NCBI GenBank assembly: GCA_964016885.1
Contig: OZ024744.1
Coordinates: 57,660,001 to 57,724,000, forward strand
DNA: 64,000 nt
DNA from: Eledone cirrhosa
Taxonomy: Eukaryota
Reading direction: 5' to 3'
The notes under the pieces: model-generated
What the model was told of the DNA's origin: nothing
Databases searched by the model: none
Seen by the model: the letters and a program-made list of their open reading frames with translations, nothing else
Translations under genes and position numbers: made by a program
Shown here: positions 50,494 through 64,000 of the stretch, in pieces
How positions within the stretch are numbered: the first letter of the stretch is position 1
Layout of the letters: each line of letters opens with the position of its first letter

Positions 50494-53400
50494 TGTCTAT
50501 GACTTGTCTATGTCTACGGTTGTATGTCATCTATGACGTGTCTGTGTCTACAGTTGTATACCGTCTATAACTAGTCTGTGTCCACAGTTGTATACCGTCT
50601 ATGACTAGTCAGTGTCTACAGTTGTTTACCGTCTACGACTAGTCTGTCTACAGTTGTATGTCATCTATGACAAAGTCTGTGTCTACTGTTGTATACTGTC
50701 TATGACTAGTATGCGTCTACAGTTGTATACCGTCTATGACTTGTCTGTGTCTACAGTTATATACCGTCTTTGACTAGTCAGTGTCTACAGTTGTATACGG
50801 TCTATGTCTTATCTGTGTCTACTGTTGTATACCATCTATGACTTGTCTGTGTCTAAAGTTGTTGCCGTCTATGATTTGTATGCAGTTGTATACCGTCTAT
50901 AACTAGTCTGTATCTACAGTTGTATACCGTCATTTGACTAGAGTATATCTACAGATGTATACCGTCTATGAATAGTGTGTCTACAGTTGTATACCGTCTA
51001 TGACTAGACTGCGTCTACAGTTGTATATCGTATATGACTAGTCTGTGTCTACAGTTGCATACCGTCTATGACTTGTTTATGTCTACAGTTGTATGCCGTC
51101 TATGATTAGACTATGTCTCCAGTTGTATGCCATCTATGACTTGTCTGTGTCTACTGTTGTTTACCGTCTATGACTAGTCTTGGTCTACAGATGTATGCCG
51201 TCTATGACTTGTCTGTGTCTACAGCTGTATACCGTCTATGACTTGTCTATGTCTACAGTTATATACCGTCTATAATTAGTCTGTGTCTACAGTTGTATGC
51301 CGTTTATGAATTGGCTAAAGTTGTATACCATCTATGACTTGTCTGTATCTACGGTTGTATGCCTTCTATGAGTGTCTGTGTCTACAGTTGTATACCGCCT
51401 ATGACTAGTCTGCCTCTATAGTTGTATACCGTCTATGACCAGTCTGTGTCTATAGTTGTATGTCATCTATGACTAGTCGGTGTCTACAGTTGTATAACGT
51501 CTATGACTAGTCTGTGTCTACAGTTATATGTCATCTATGAATAGTCTGTCTCTACAGTTGTATACCGTCTATGACTAGTCTGTGTTTACGGTTGTATACC
51601 GTCTATGACTGGTCTGTGTCTACAGTTGTATACCGTCTATGACTAGTCTGTGTCTACTGTAGTATACCGTCTATAACTGGACTGTGTCTACAGTTGTATA
51701 CCATCTACGACTTGTCTGTGACTACAGTTGTATGCCATTTATGACTAGTTTGTGTCTACAGTTGTATACCGTCTATGACTTGTCTGTGTCTACGGTTGTA
51801 TAACATCTATGACTTGTCTGTGTCTACAGTTGTATGCCGTCTATGACTTGTCTACAGTTGTATACCATCTATGACTTGTCTGTGTCTACAGTTGTATAAC
51901 GTATATGACTAGTCTATATCTACAGATGTATACCCTCTATGACTTGTCTGTGTCTACAGTTGTATACCATCTACGACTTGTCTGTGTCTATAGATATATA
52001 CCATCTACGAGTTCTCTGTGTCTACAGTTGTATACCCTGTATGACTTGGCTGTGTCTACTGTTGTATAGCGTCTATAATTTGTCTGTGTCTTAGGTTGTA
52101 TTGTGTTTATGACTTGTCTGAGTTTACCGTTTTATACCGTCTATGACTACTCTGTGTCTACAGTTGTATGCCGTCTATGACTAGTCTATGTCTACAAATT
52201 GTATACCGTCTATGAGTAGTCAGTGTCTACAGTTGTATACCATCTATGACTAGTCTTGCACTACAGATGTATACCGTCTGTGACTTGTCTGTGTCTGCAG
52301 TTGTATACCGTCTATGACTAGTCTGTGTCTACAGTTGTATACCGTCTATAACCTTTTGTGTCTACTGTTGTATACCGCCTATGAATTGGCTGTGTCAAGG
52401 GTTGTAAACCGTTTCTGACTTGACTATGTCTACGGTTGTATGCCGTCTATGACTTGTCTGTGTCTACATTTAAATAACGTCTATGACTAGTCTGTGTCTA
52501 CAGTTGTATACCGTCTGTGACTTGTTTGTGGCTACAGTTGAATACCGTCTAAGACTTGTCTGTGTCTATAGTTGTATACCATCTATGCCTAGTCTGCCTC
52601 TACTGTTTTATACCGTCCATGATATGTCTGTGTCTACGGTTGAATGCCATCTATGACGTGTCTGTGTCTACAGTTGTATGCCGTCTATGACTTGTGTGTG
52701 TCTACGATAGTATGCCGTCTATAATTTGTCTATGTCTACAATTGTATACCATCTATGACTAGTCGGTGGCTACAGATGTATAACGTCTATAACATGTCTG
52801 TGTCTACAGTTGTATACCGTCTATGACTAGTCTGTTTCTACAGTTGTATACCATCTTTGATTAGTCGGTGTCACAGTTGTATACCGTCTATGACTTGTCT
52901 GTGTCTACAGTTGTATACCGTCTATGACTAGTCTGTGTCTACGGTTGTATACCATCTATGACTAGTCGGTGTCAACGTTGTATACCGTCTATGACTTGTC
53001 TGTGTCTACAGTTGTATACCGTCTATGACTTGTCTGTGTCTACGGTAGAATGCCGTCTATGATTTGTCTATGTATACAGTTGAATGCAATTTTTGAGTTG
53101 TCTGTGTCGACACTTGTATACCATCTACGACTAGTTTGTGACTACAGTTGTATGCAATCTATGACTAGTCTGTGTCTACAGTTGTATACCGTCTATGAGT
53201 AGTCTGTGTCTACGGTTGTATACCGTGTATGACTTGTCTGTGACTACAGTTGTATACCATCTAAGACATGTCTCTGTCTATAGATGTATACCATCTATGA
53301 GTAGTCTGTGTCTACTGTTGTATACCCTGTATGACTTGTCTGTGTCTAATGTTGTATACCGTCTATGATTTGTCTGTGGCTTAGGTTGTATGCCGTCTTT

Positions 53401-56400
53401 CACTTGTCTGAGTCTACCATTTTATACCCACTATGACTAGTCTCTCTCTACAGTTGTATGCCGTCTACGACTAGTCTATCTCTACAATTGTATACCATCT
53501 ATGACTATTCTGACTCTACAGTTGTATGCCGTCTATGACGTGTCTGTGTCTACAGTTGTATATCATATATGACTACTACAGTTGTATACCGTCTGTGACT
53601 TGTCTGTGTCTACAGGTGTATACCATCGATAACTAGTCTGCGTCTACAGTTGTATACCGTCTACACCTTGTTTGTGTCTACTGTCGTATACCGTCTATGA
53701 ATTATCTGTGTCAAGGGTTGTATACCGTTTATGACTTGTCTATGTCTACGGATGTATCCCGTTTATAACTACTCTGTGTCTACAGATGTATACCGTCTAT
53801 GACTTCTCTGTGTCTAAGGTTGTATGCCGTCTATGACTTGTCTGTGTTTACTGTTGTATACCGTCCGTTATTAGTTTGTGTCTACCGTTAAATACCGTCT
53901 ATGACTTGTCTATGTCTACAGTTGTATACCATCTATTACTAGTCTGTTTTTGCAGTTGTGTGCCGTCTATGAGTACTCTCTGTCTACAGATGTATACCGT
54001 CTATGACTAGTCTGTGTCTACTTTGTATACCGTCTATAACTTGTCTGTGTCTCCAGTTGTATACCGTCTATGACTTGTCTGTGTCTAAGGTTTTATGCCG
54101 TCTATGATTTGTCTGTGTCTACCGTTTTATACCGTCTATGACTAGTCTATGTCTACAGTTGTATACCGTTTATGACTGTTCTGTCTTTACAGTTGTATAC
54201 CGTCTATGACTACTCTGTGTTTACTGTTGTATACCGTCTATGGCTTGTCCGTGTGTACAGTTGTATACAATCTATGACAAGTCTGTGTCTACAGTCTTAT
54301 GCCGTCTATGACTTGTCTGTGTCTACAGTTGTATACCGTCTAAGACTTGTCTGCGTCTACGGTTCTATGCCGTCTATGACTTGTCTGTGTCTACTGTTGT
54401 ATGCCGTCTATCAGTTGTATGTGTCTATAGTTGTATGTCATATATGACTATTCAGTCTCTACAGTTGTATAACGTCTATGACTAGCCTGTGTCTACAGTT
54501 GTATACCGTCTATGACTTGTCTGTGTCTACAGTTGTATACCGTCTATGACTAGTCTGCGTCTAGGGTTGTATGCCATCTATAACTTGTCTGTTTCTACAG
54601 TTGTATGTCGTCTATGACTAGTCTGTGTCTACCGTCTATGACTAATCTGTGTCTACAGTTGTATACCGTCTATGACTATTCTGTCTCTACAGCTATATGC
54701 CGTCTACGGCGTGTCTGTGTTTACTGTTGTATACCGTCTATGACTAGTCTGTGTCTACAGTTGTATACCGTCTATGACTAGTCTGTATCTACAGTTGTAT
54801 CTCATCTATGACTAGTCTGTGTCTACAGTTGTATAGCGTCTATAACGTGTCTGTGTCTAAAGTTGTATACCATCTAAGACTTGTCTTTGACTATAGATCT
54901 ATACCATCTATGAGTAGTCTGTGTCTACAGTTGTATACCCTGTATGACTTGGCTGTGTCTACTGTTGTATACCGTCTATGATTTGTCTGTCTTAGGTTGT
55001 ATACCGTCTATGACTTCTCTGAGTCTACCTTTTTATACCGTCTATGACTAGTCTGTGTCTACAGTTGTATGCCGTCTATAACTAGTCTATGACTACAATT
55101 GTATACCATCTATGACTATTCTGACTCTACAATTGTATGCCGTCTGTGATGTGTTTGTGTTACGATGGTATGCCGTCTATGACTTGTCTACGTGTACAGT
55201 TGTATACCATCTATGACAAGTCTGTATCTACAGTTGTATACCATCTATGACTAGTCTGTGTCTACAGATGTATACCGTCTGTGACTTGTCTGTGTCTACA
55301 GGTGTATACCATCTATGACTTGTCTGTGTCTACAGTTGTATAGAGTCTATAACTTGTTTGTGTCTACGGTTAAATACCGTCTATGACTATTCTCAACAGT
55401 TGTATGCCGTCTATGACTAGTGTGTGTCTACAGTTATATACCGTCTATGACTTGTCTATGTCTCCAGTTGTATACCATCTATGACTAGTATGTATCTACA
55501 GTAATATACCGTCGATGACTTGTACATGTCTACAGTTCTATACCATCTATGACTAGTCTGTTTTTACAGTTGTATGCCGTCTATGACTACTCTGTGTCTA
55601 CAGATGTATACCGTCCATGAATTGTCTGTGTCTAAGTTTGTATGCCGTCTATGACTTGTCTGTGTCTACCGTTTTATACCGTCTATGACTAGTCTGTGTC
55701 TACAGTTGTATGCCGTCTATGACTAGTCTATCTCTACAGTTGTATACCGTTTATGACTATAAATGTCTCTACAGTTGTATGCCGTCTATGACGTGTCTGT
55801 GTTGACTGTTGTATACCGTCTATGACTAGTCCGTGTGTACAGTTGTATACCATCTATGACTAGTCTGTGTCTACAGTTGTATACCATCTATGAATTGTCT
55901 GTGTCTACAGTTGTAGACCGTCTAAGACTTGTCTGTGTCTATAGTTGTATACTATCTATGACTAGTCTGTGTCTACTGTTTTATACCGTCCATGATATGT
56001 CTGTGTCTACAGTTGTATGTCGTCTATAACTTGTCTGTGTCTACGGTATTATGCCGTCTATGACTTGTCTATGTCTACAATTGTATACCATCTATCACTA
56101 GTCGGTGTCTACAGTTGTATACGGTCTATGACTAGTCTTTGTCTACGTTGTATACCGACAATGACTTGTGTCTACAGTTGTATACCGTCTATGACTTGTC
56201 TGTGTCTACGGTTGTATACACTCTATGACTTGTCTGTGTCTACAGTTGTATACCATCTATAACCTGTTTGTGTCTACTGTTGTAAACCGTCTATGAATTG
56301 TCTGTGTCAAGGTTTGTATACCGTTTATGACTTGACTATGTCTACGGATGTATGCTGTCTGTGAATTGTCTGTGTCTACGGTTGTATACCGCCTATGATA

Positions 56401-59400
56401 GTCTGTCTACAGTTGTACACCGTCTATGACTAGTTTGTGTCTACTGTTGTATACCGACTATGACTAGTCTATGTCTAAAGTTGCATGTCGTCTATGACTA
56501 GTCTGTTTCTACAGTTGTATACTGTCTATGACTGGTCCGTGTCTACAGATTTATACCCTCTATTACTTGTCTATGACTAGTCAGTGTCTACAGTTGTATG
56601 CCGTCTATGTCTGGTCTGTGTCTACAGTTGTATGCCATCTATGACTTGTCTGTGTCTACAGTTGTATATCGACTAAGTCTAATCTGTGCCTACAGTTGTA
56701 TACCGTCTAAAACGTGTCTGTGTCTACAGTTATATACCAACTATAACTAGTCTGTGTTTCCGGTTGAATGCCATATATGACTTGTCTGTGTCTACAGTTG
56801 TAGGCTATCTATGACTAGTGTGTGTCTAGTGTTGTACGCCGTCTTTGACTAGTCTGTGTCTACTGTTGTATACCGTCTATGACTAGTCTGTGATTAGAGT
56901 TGTAAGTCTTCTATGACTAATCTATGTCTACGCCTGTATACCGTCTATGACTTGTCATGTCTGCAGTTGCATACCGTCAATGACATGTCTGTGTCTACTG
57001 TTGTGTACCATCTATGACTAGTCTGTGTCTACGGTTGTATACCGACTATGACTTGTCTGTGTCTACAGTTGTATGCCGTCTATTTCTTGTCTGTTTCTAC
57101 AGTTGTATGCCGTCTATGACTGGTCTCTGTCTACCGTTGTATACCGTCTATGACTTGTCTGTGTCTAAGATTGTATACCGTCTATACTTATCTGTGTCTA
57201 CAGTTGTATACTGCCTCTGACTTGTCTGTGGCTACAGTTGTATGCCGTCTACGACTAGTCTGTGTTTACGGTTGTATGCCATCTACGACTTGCCTATATC
57301 TCCAGATGTATACGGTTTATGACTAGTCTGTGTCTAGGGTTGTATGTCAACTATGACTTGTCTCTGTCTCCAGTTGTATACCGTCTATGACTTGTCTCTG
57401 TGTACAGTTGTATACTGTCTATCACTTCTCTGTGTCTATAGTTGTATGCCGTCTATGACTAGTCTGTGTCTACGGTTTTATGCCATCTACGACTTGACTG
57501 TATCTACAGTTGTATACCGTCTATGCCTAGTCTGTCTCTACAGTTCTATACCGTCTATAACATGACTGTGTCCACATGTGTATGCCGTCTATGACTTGTC
57601 TGTGTCTACAGTTGTATGCCGTCTATGACTAGTCCGTGTTTAGGATTGTATGCCATCTATGACTAGTGTGTGTTTAGGGTTGTATGCCGTCTATGATAAG
57701 TTTGTGTCTACAGTTATATACCGTCTATGACTTATCTGTCTCTACAGATGTATACCGTCTATGACTAGTCTGGGTCTACGGTTGTATGCCATCTACGGCT
57801 AGTCTGAGTCTACAGATGTATATGGTCTATGACTCGTGTGTGTCTAGGGTTGTATGCCGTCTATGACTTGTTTTTTTCTACAGCTGTATGCCATCTATAA
57901 CTAGTCTGTGTCTACAGTTTTATACCGTCTATGACTTGCCTGTCTCTACAGTTGTATACCGTCTATGCCTAGTCTGTCTCTACAGTTGTATACCGTCTAT
58001 GCCTAGTCTGTATCTACAGTTGTATGCCGTCTATGATAGTCTGTGTCTACAGTTGTATACCGTCTATGACTAGTTTGTGTCTACAGTTATATACAGTGTA
58101 TAACATGTCTATGTCTACAGATGTATACCGTCTGTGACTAGTCTGAGTCTACAGTTGTATGTTGTCTATAACTAGTCTGTGTCTACTTTTGTATACCATA
58201 TATGACTTGTCTGTGTCTACGGTTGTATGACTTCTACGACTACTCTGTGTCGACAGTTGTATACCATCTATGATTTGACTATGACTACAGTTGAATACCG
58301 TCTATGACTAGTCTGTATCTACAGTTGTATACCGTCTATGACATAACTGTGACTACAGGTGTATGCCGTCTATGACTAATGTGTGTCTACGGTTGTAATT
58401 CGTCTATGACTAGTGTGCCTACAACTATCTGCCGTCTATGACTTGTTTTTTTCTACAGCTGTATGTCATCTATGACTAGTCTGTGTCTACAGTTTTATGC
58501 CGTCTGTGACTTGCCTGTCTCTACAGTTGTATACCGTCTATGCCTAGTCTGTCTCTACAGTTGTATACCGTCTATGCCTAGTCTGTATCTACAGTTGTAT
58601 GCCGTCTATGACTTGTCTGTGTCTACGGTTGTATACCATCTATGATAGTCTGTGTCTACAGTTGTATACCGTCTATGACTAGTTTGTGTCTACAGTTATA
58701 TACAGTGTATAACTTGTCTATGTCTACAGATGTATACCGTCTATGACTAGTCTGTGTCTACAGTTGTATGTTGTCTATAAGTAGTCTATGTCTAATTTTG
58801 TATACCGTCTATGACTTGTCTGTGTCTACAGTTATATGCCGTCTATGACTAGTCTGTGACTACATTTTTATACCGTCTATGACTTGCCTGTCTCTACAGT
58901 TGTATACCGTCTATGACTAGTTTGTGTCTACAGTTGTATACCGTTTATGACTTGTCTATGTCTACAGATGTATACCGTCTATGAAAGTCTGTATCTACAG
59001 TTGTGTGCCGTCTATGACTTCTTTGTATCTACAGTTGTATAACATCTATGACCAGTCTGTGCCTACAGTTGTATACCGTCTATGACTAGTTTGTGTCTAC
59101 AGTTGTATTCCGTCTATCACTACTCTGTGTCTACAGTTTTAGGCCATCTATGACTTGTCTCTGTCTACCGTTGTATACCGTCTATGACTTGTCTGTGTCT
59201 AAGATTGTATACCGTCTATACTTATCTGTGTCTACAGTTGTATACTGCCTCTGACTTGTCTGTGGCTACAGTTGTATGCCGTCTATGGCTAGTCTGTGTT
59301 TACGGTTGTATGCCATCTACGACTTGTCTATATCTCCAGATGTATACGGTTTATGACTAGTCTGTGTCTAGGGTTGTATGTCAACTATGACTTGTCTCTG

Positions 59401-62400
59401 TCTCCAGTTGTATACCGTCTATGACTTGTCTCTGTGTACAGTTGTATACCGTCTATCACTTCTTTGTGTCTATAGTTGTATGCCGTCTATGACATGTCTG
59501 TGTCTACAGTTGTATACTGTCTATGACCTGTCTGTGTCTACAATTGTATGCCGCCTATGACTAGTCTGTGTCTGCGGTTTTATGCCATCTACGACTTGAC
59601 TGTATCTACAGTTGTATACCGTCTATGCCTAGTCTGTCTCTACAGTTATATACCGTCTATAACATGACTGTGTCCACATGTGTATGCCGTCTATGACTTG
59701 TCTGTGTCTACAGTTGTATGCCGTCTATGACTAGTCCGTGTCTAGGATTGTATGCCATCTATGACTAGTGTGTGTTTAGGGTTGTATGCCGTCTATGATA
59801 AGTTTGTGTCTACAGTTGTATACCGTCTACGACTTATCTGTCTCTACAGATGTATACCGTCTATGACTAGTCTGGGTCTACGGTTGTATGCCATCTACAA
59901 CTAGTCTGAGTCTACAGATGTATATGGTCTATGACTCGTGTGTGTCTAGGGTTGTATGCCGTCTATGACTTGTTTTTTTCTACAGCTGTATGCCATCTAT
60001 AACTAGTCTGTGTCTACAGTTTTATACCGTCTATGACTTGCCTGTCTCTACAGTTGTATACCGTCTATGCCTAGTCTGTCTCTACAGTTGTATACCGTCT
60101 ATGCTTAGTCTGTATCTACAGTTGTATGCCGTCTATGACTTGTCTGTGTCTATGGTTTATACCGTCTATGGTAGTCTGTGTCTACAGTTGTATACCGTCT
60201 ATGACTAGTTTGTGTCTACAGTTATATACAGTGTATAACATGTCTATGTCTACAGATGTATACCGTCTGTGACTAGTCTGAGTCTACAGTTGTATGTTGT
60301 CTATAACTAGTCTGTGTCTACTTTTGTATACCGTATATGACTTGTCTGTGTCTACGGTTGTATGACTTCTACGACTAGTCTGTGTCGACAGTTGTATACC
60401 ATCTATGATTTGACTGTGACTACAGTTGAATACCGTCTATGACTAGTCTGTATCTACAGTTGTATACCGTCTATGACATAACTGTGTCTACAGGTGTATG
60501 CCGTCTATGACTAATGTGTGTCTACGGTTGTAATTCGTCTATGACTAGTGTGCCTACAACTATCTGCCGTCTATGACTTGTTTTTTTCTAAAGCTGTATG
60601 CCATCTATGACTAGTCTGTGTCTACAATTTTATACCGTCTATGACTTGCCTGTCTCTACAGTTGTATACCGTCTATGCCTAGTCTGTCTCTACAGTTGTA
60701 TACCGTCTATGCCTAGTCTGTCTCTACAGTTTTATACCGTCTATGCCTAGTCTGTCTCTACAGTTGTATACCGTCTATGCCTAGTCTGTATCTACAGTTG
60801 TATGCCGTCTATGACTTGTCTGTGTCTACGGTTGTATACCATCTATGATAGTCTGTGTCTACAGTTGTATACTGTCTATGACTAGTTTGTGTCTACAGTT
60901 GTATACCATCTATAACTAGTTTGTGTCTACAGTTATATACAGTGTATAACTTGTCTATGTCTACAGATGTATACCGTCTGTGACTAGTCTGAGTCTACAG
61001 TTGTATGTTGTCTATAACTAGTCTGTGTCTACTTTTGTATACCGTATATGACTAGTCTGTGTCTACAGTTTTATGCCATCTATGACTAGTCTGTGTCGAC
61101 AGTTGTATACCATCTATGATTTGACTGTGACTACAGTTGTATACCGTCTATGACATAACTGTGTCTACAGGTGTATGCCGTCTATGACCAATGTGTGTCT
61201 ACGGTTATAATTCGTCTATGACTAGTGTGCCTACAACTGTATGCCGTCTATTACTAGTCTGTGTCTACAGTTGTATGCCGACTATGACTAGTCTATGTCT
61301 ACACGTGTATACCGTCTATGACTAATCTGTATCTACAGTTTTATGCTGTCTATGTCTAGTCTATATCTACACTTGTATACCGTCTATGACTTGTCTGTGT
61401 CTACAATTGTATACCGTCTATGACTAGTCTGTGTTTACAATTGTATCCTACCTACGACTAGTCTGTGTCTACATTTTTATACCGTCTATGACTATTATAT
61501 ATCTACAGTTGTATACCGTCTAGGTCATGTCTGTGTCTACAGATGTATGCCGTCTGTGACTAGTCTGTGTCTACAGTTGTATGCCGTCTGTGACTACTCT
61601 GTGTCTAGGGTTGTATGCCCTCTATGACTTGTCTGTGTCTACAGTTGTATGCCGTCTATGACTAGTATGTGTCTACAGTTGTATACCGTCTTTGACTAGT
61701 CTGTGTCTACAGTTGTATGCCGTCTATGACTCGTCTGTGTCTACAGTTGTATGCCATGTACGACTTCTCGGTGTCTACCGTTGTATACCGTCTATGACTT
61801 GTCTGTATCTTACGGTTGTATACCATCTATGACTAGTCTGTGTCTACAGTTGTAGGCCATCTATGACTTGTCTGTGTCTACAGTTGTATACCGTCTATGA
61901 CTAGTCTGTGTCTATAGTTGTATACCATCTATGACTAGTCTGTGTCTACGGTTGTATGCAATCTACGACTAGTCTGTGTCTACAGATATATATGGTCTAT
62001 GACGTGTCTGTGTCTACAGTTGTATACCGTCTTTGATTAGTCTTTGTCTACAGTTGTATGCCATGTATGACTAGTCTGTGTCTACAGTTGTATGCCGTCT
62101 ATGACTAGTCTTTGTCTATAGTTGTATGCCGTCTATGACTAGTGTGTGTCTACAATCGTATGCCGTCTATGACTAGTCTGTGTCTACAGTTGTATACCGT
62201 CTATGACTAGTCTATGTCTATAGTTGTATACCGTCTATGACTAGTCTATGTCTACAGTTGTATACCGTCTATGATATGTCTCTGTCTACAGTTGTATACC
62301 GTCTATGACTTGTCTGTGTCTACACTTGTATGCCGTCTATGACTAGTCTGTGGCTACCGTTGTATACCATCTACGACTAGTGTGTGTCTACAGTTGTATA

Positions 62401-63083
62401 TGGTCTATGATAGTCTATGTCTACAGATTTATACCGTCTATGACTAGTCTGTGTCTACGGTTGTATAACGTCTATGACTTGTCTGTGTCTACAGTTGTAT
62501 GCCATCTCTGACTTGTGTGGATCTAGCGTTGTATACCGTCTATGACTTGTCTGTATCTACGGTTGTCTACCATCTATGACTAGTGTGTGTCTACAGTTGT
62601 AGGCCGTCTATGAATTGTCTGTGTCTACAGTTGTATGCCGTCTGTGACTACAGTTGTATGTCGTCTATGACTTGTCTTTGTCTACAGTTTTATATCGTCT
62701 ATGACTTGTCTCTGTCTACAGTTTTAGGCCATCTATGACTTGTTTGTGTCTACAGTTGTAAACCGTGTATGACTTGTCTGTATCTACTGTTGTATGCCGT
62801 CTATGACTGGTCTGTGACTACAGTTGTATGTCAGTTGTATGTCAGTTGTATGTCGTCTATGACTTGTCTGTGTCTACAGTTGTATACTGTCAATGACTTG
62901 TCTGTGTCTATGGTTGCATGCCATCTATGACTTGTCTGTGTCTACAGTTGTATAACATCTCTGACTTGTCTGTGTCTACAGTTGTATACCGTCTAGGACT
63001 TGTCTATGACTAGTCTGTGTCTACGGTTGTATGCCATCTATGACTTGTCTGTGTCTAGGGTTGTATGCCTTTTATGACTTGTC
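50494..63083. repeat. Satellite array: roughly 370 copies of 34-bp GTCTATGACT(A/T)GTCTGTGTCTACAGTTGTAT(A/G)CC
   Basis: 34-bp periodicity throughout; copy number is estimated from length/34. Confidence 0.97.
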
Positions 63084-63133
63084 ATGTTTTATTTTGTAAA
63101 ATTCAAATATTTTTCACATATATTTAGCCAGGT

Positions 63134-63177
63134 CCCCCCCTTGGAAGTAGGGAAAATCGGACGTAAAATGATAATAT
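63134..63177 (+). mobile_element. 44-bp retroposed 3' tail with a 16-bp TSD, nested in the hAT right end
   Basis: atatatttagccaggt at 63118-63133 and 63178-63193; the insert gggaaaatcggacgtaaaatga matches the SINE tail at ~18417-18440. Confidence 0.8.
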
Positions 63178-64000
63178 ATATATTTAGCCAGGTGTGCCGC
63201 TATATTTTCATGTGTTCCAAGGTGTGCCGTTGGCATAAAAGGGTGAGTACCACTGAGTTAGACAGATGAATATAGAATTTTGCCCCCAACATACTATTTT
63301 CTCCACTTCAAGTATCTTAGTGATTCCCATATAACTTTTGAGATTATGGATTTGGTCTGAAGACAATTACAGGAGGAAGACTGAGTTAAGATGTGGAGAA
63401 GCATACATCTCTTCATTAAAACATATTTAGTTAACACCCACCAGTGTATTAGTAGGGTCTAAAACTAGCTTCTGATCTGTCCCTGTTGTTATTTTCATAT
63501 ATTTTATATATCATCATCTTCATCATCACCCTCATCATCATCATCATCATCACCTTCACCATCATTTAACATTTGTTTTTTCCCTCCAGGTCACCAACAA
63601 TACTGAAGTGGAGCTATTGACCTCACAAATGGGATTAGTGCCTGCATCTCACAGATTGCCCAGACTGGCCTGTGTTCCATATCCCACTTGTGCATTTTTA
63701 TATTTTATATACGTATTTTATTCATGTTTTTTTTTGTCCTTTATTTCTTTTTTTTATCATTATATTGCTCTCTTTATTATCTCTTTTTATTATTTTTAAT
63801 TTCTGTTTCAATCTGTGTCATTTCTCAGTATTGTATATCTACTAGGGATTGTCTATGATCAGGTTGCTATGACCATAATCATTTGTAAGATCTTTCCTGA
63901 AGAAGTGAAAAAGCACAGAGTCATGTAGTACTTGTGTCATAATCATGATTATGTAATCCTGCACAATATTTTGTGGAACAAAATCACAGAAACAAGTGTA

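Larger units (their letters stand above)
47464..63255 (+). mobile_element. Complete Buster/Charlie-type hAT DNA transposon (15.8 kb) enclosing a satellite array
   Basis: Left TIR cagtgattctcaacc versus right TIR (reverse complement) cagtggtactcaccc, 12/15 match. 8-bp TSD AGTTAGAC at 47456-47463 and 63256-63263 with central TA. Subterminal gtgtgccg motifs at both ends. Confidence 0.93.

Noticed and set aside
50494-63083. 34-bp repeats as a CRISPR array or a Cys/Tyr-rich protein
   Set aside because: Head-to-tail monomers with no unique spacers; the period is not a multiple of 3 and stops are frequent.
63590-63799. Terminal coding exon after tttttccctccag
   Set aside because: The acceptor overlaps a retroposon-tail-like sequence and the peptide is unrecognised; kept only as a speculative partner exon.

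Overview
AT-rich, repeat-dense animal genomic DNA. The SINE families and microsatellite load suggest an octopus or other coleoid cephalopod (inference). Almost all ORFs in the track are low-complexity artefacts or transposon relics. Elements readable from the sequence: (1) a complete but dead 15.8-kb Buster-type hAT transposon (47464-63255; TIRs, 8-bp TSD AGTTAGAC) enclosing a ~12.6-kb array of a 34-bp satellite with higher-order structure; (2) a 5'-truncated Tx1-type LINE with an 18-bp TSD next to a (CTAT)n tract; (3) relics of RTE, R4/Dong-like, CRE-like, CR1 and Penelope-like retroelements; (4) many tRNA-derived SINEs and piggyBac-like MITEs; (5) at least three minimal type-I hammerhead ribozyme motifs with palindromic stem III, plus decayed copies, mostly in short islands beside TA/TG microsatellites; (6) a few candidate host exons, the best resembling the TAP-C/UBA exon of NXF1. 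No rRNA, true tRNA or CRISPR array is supported.
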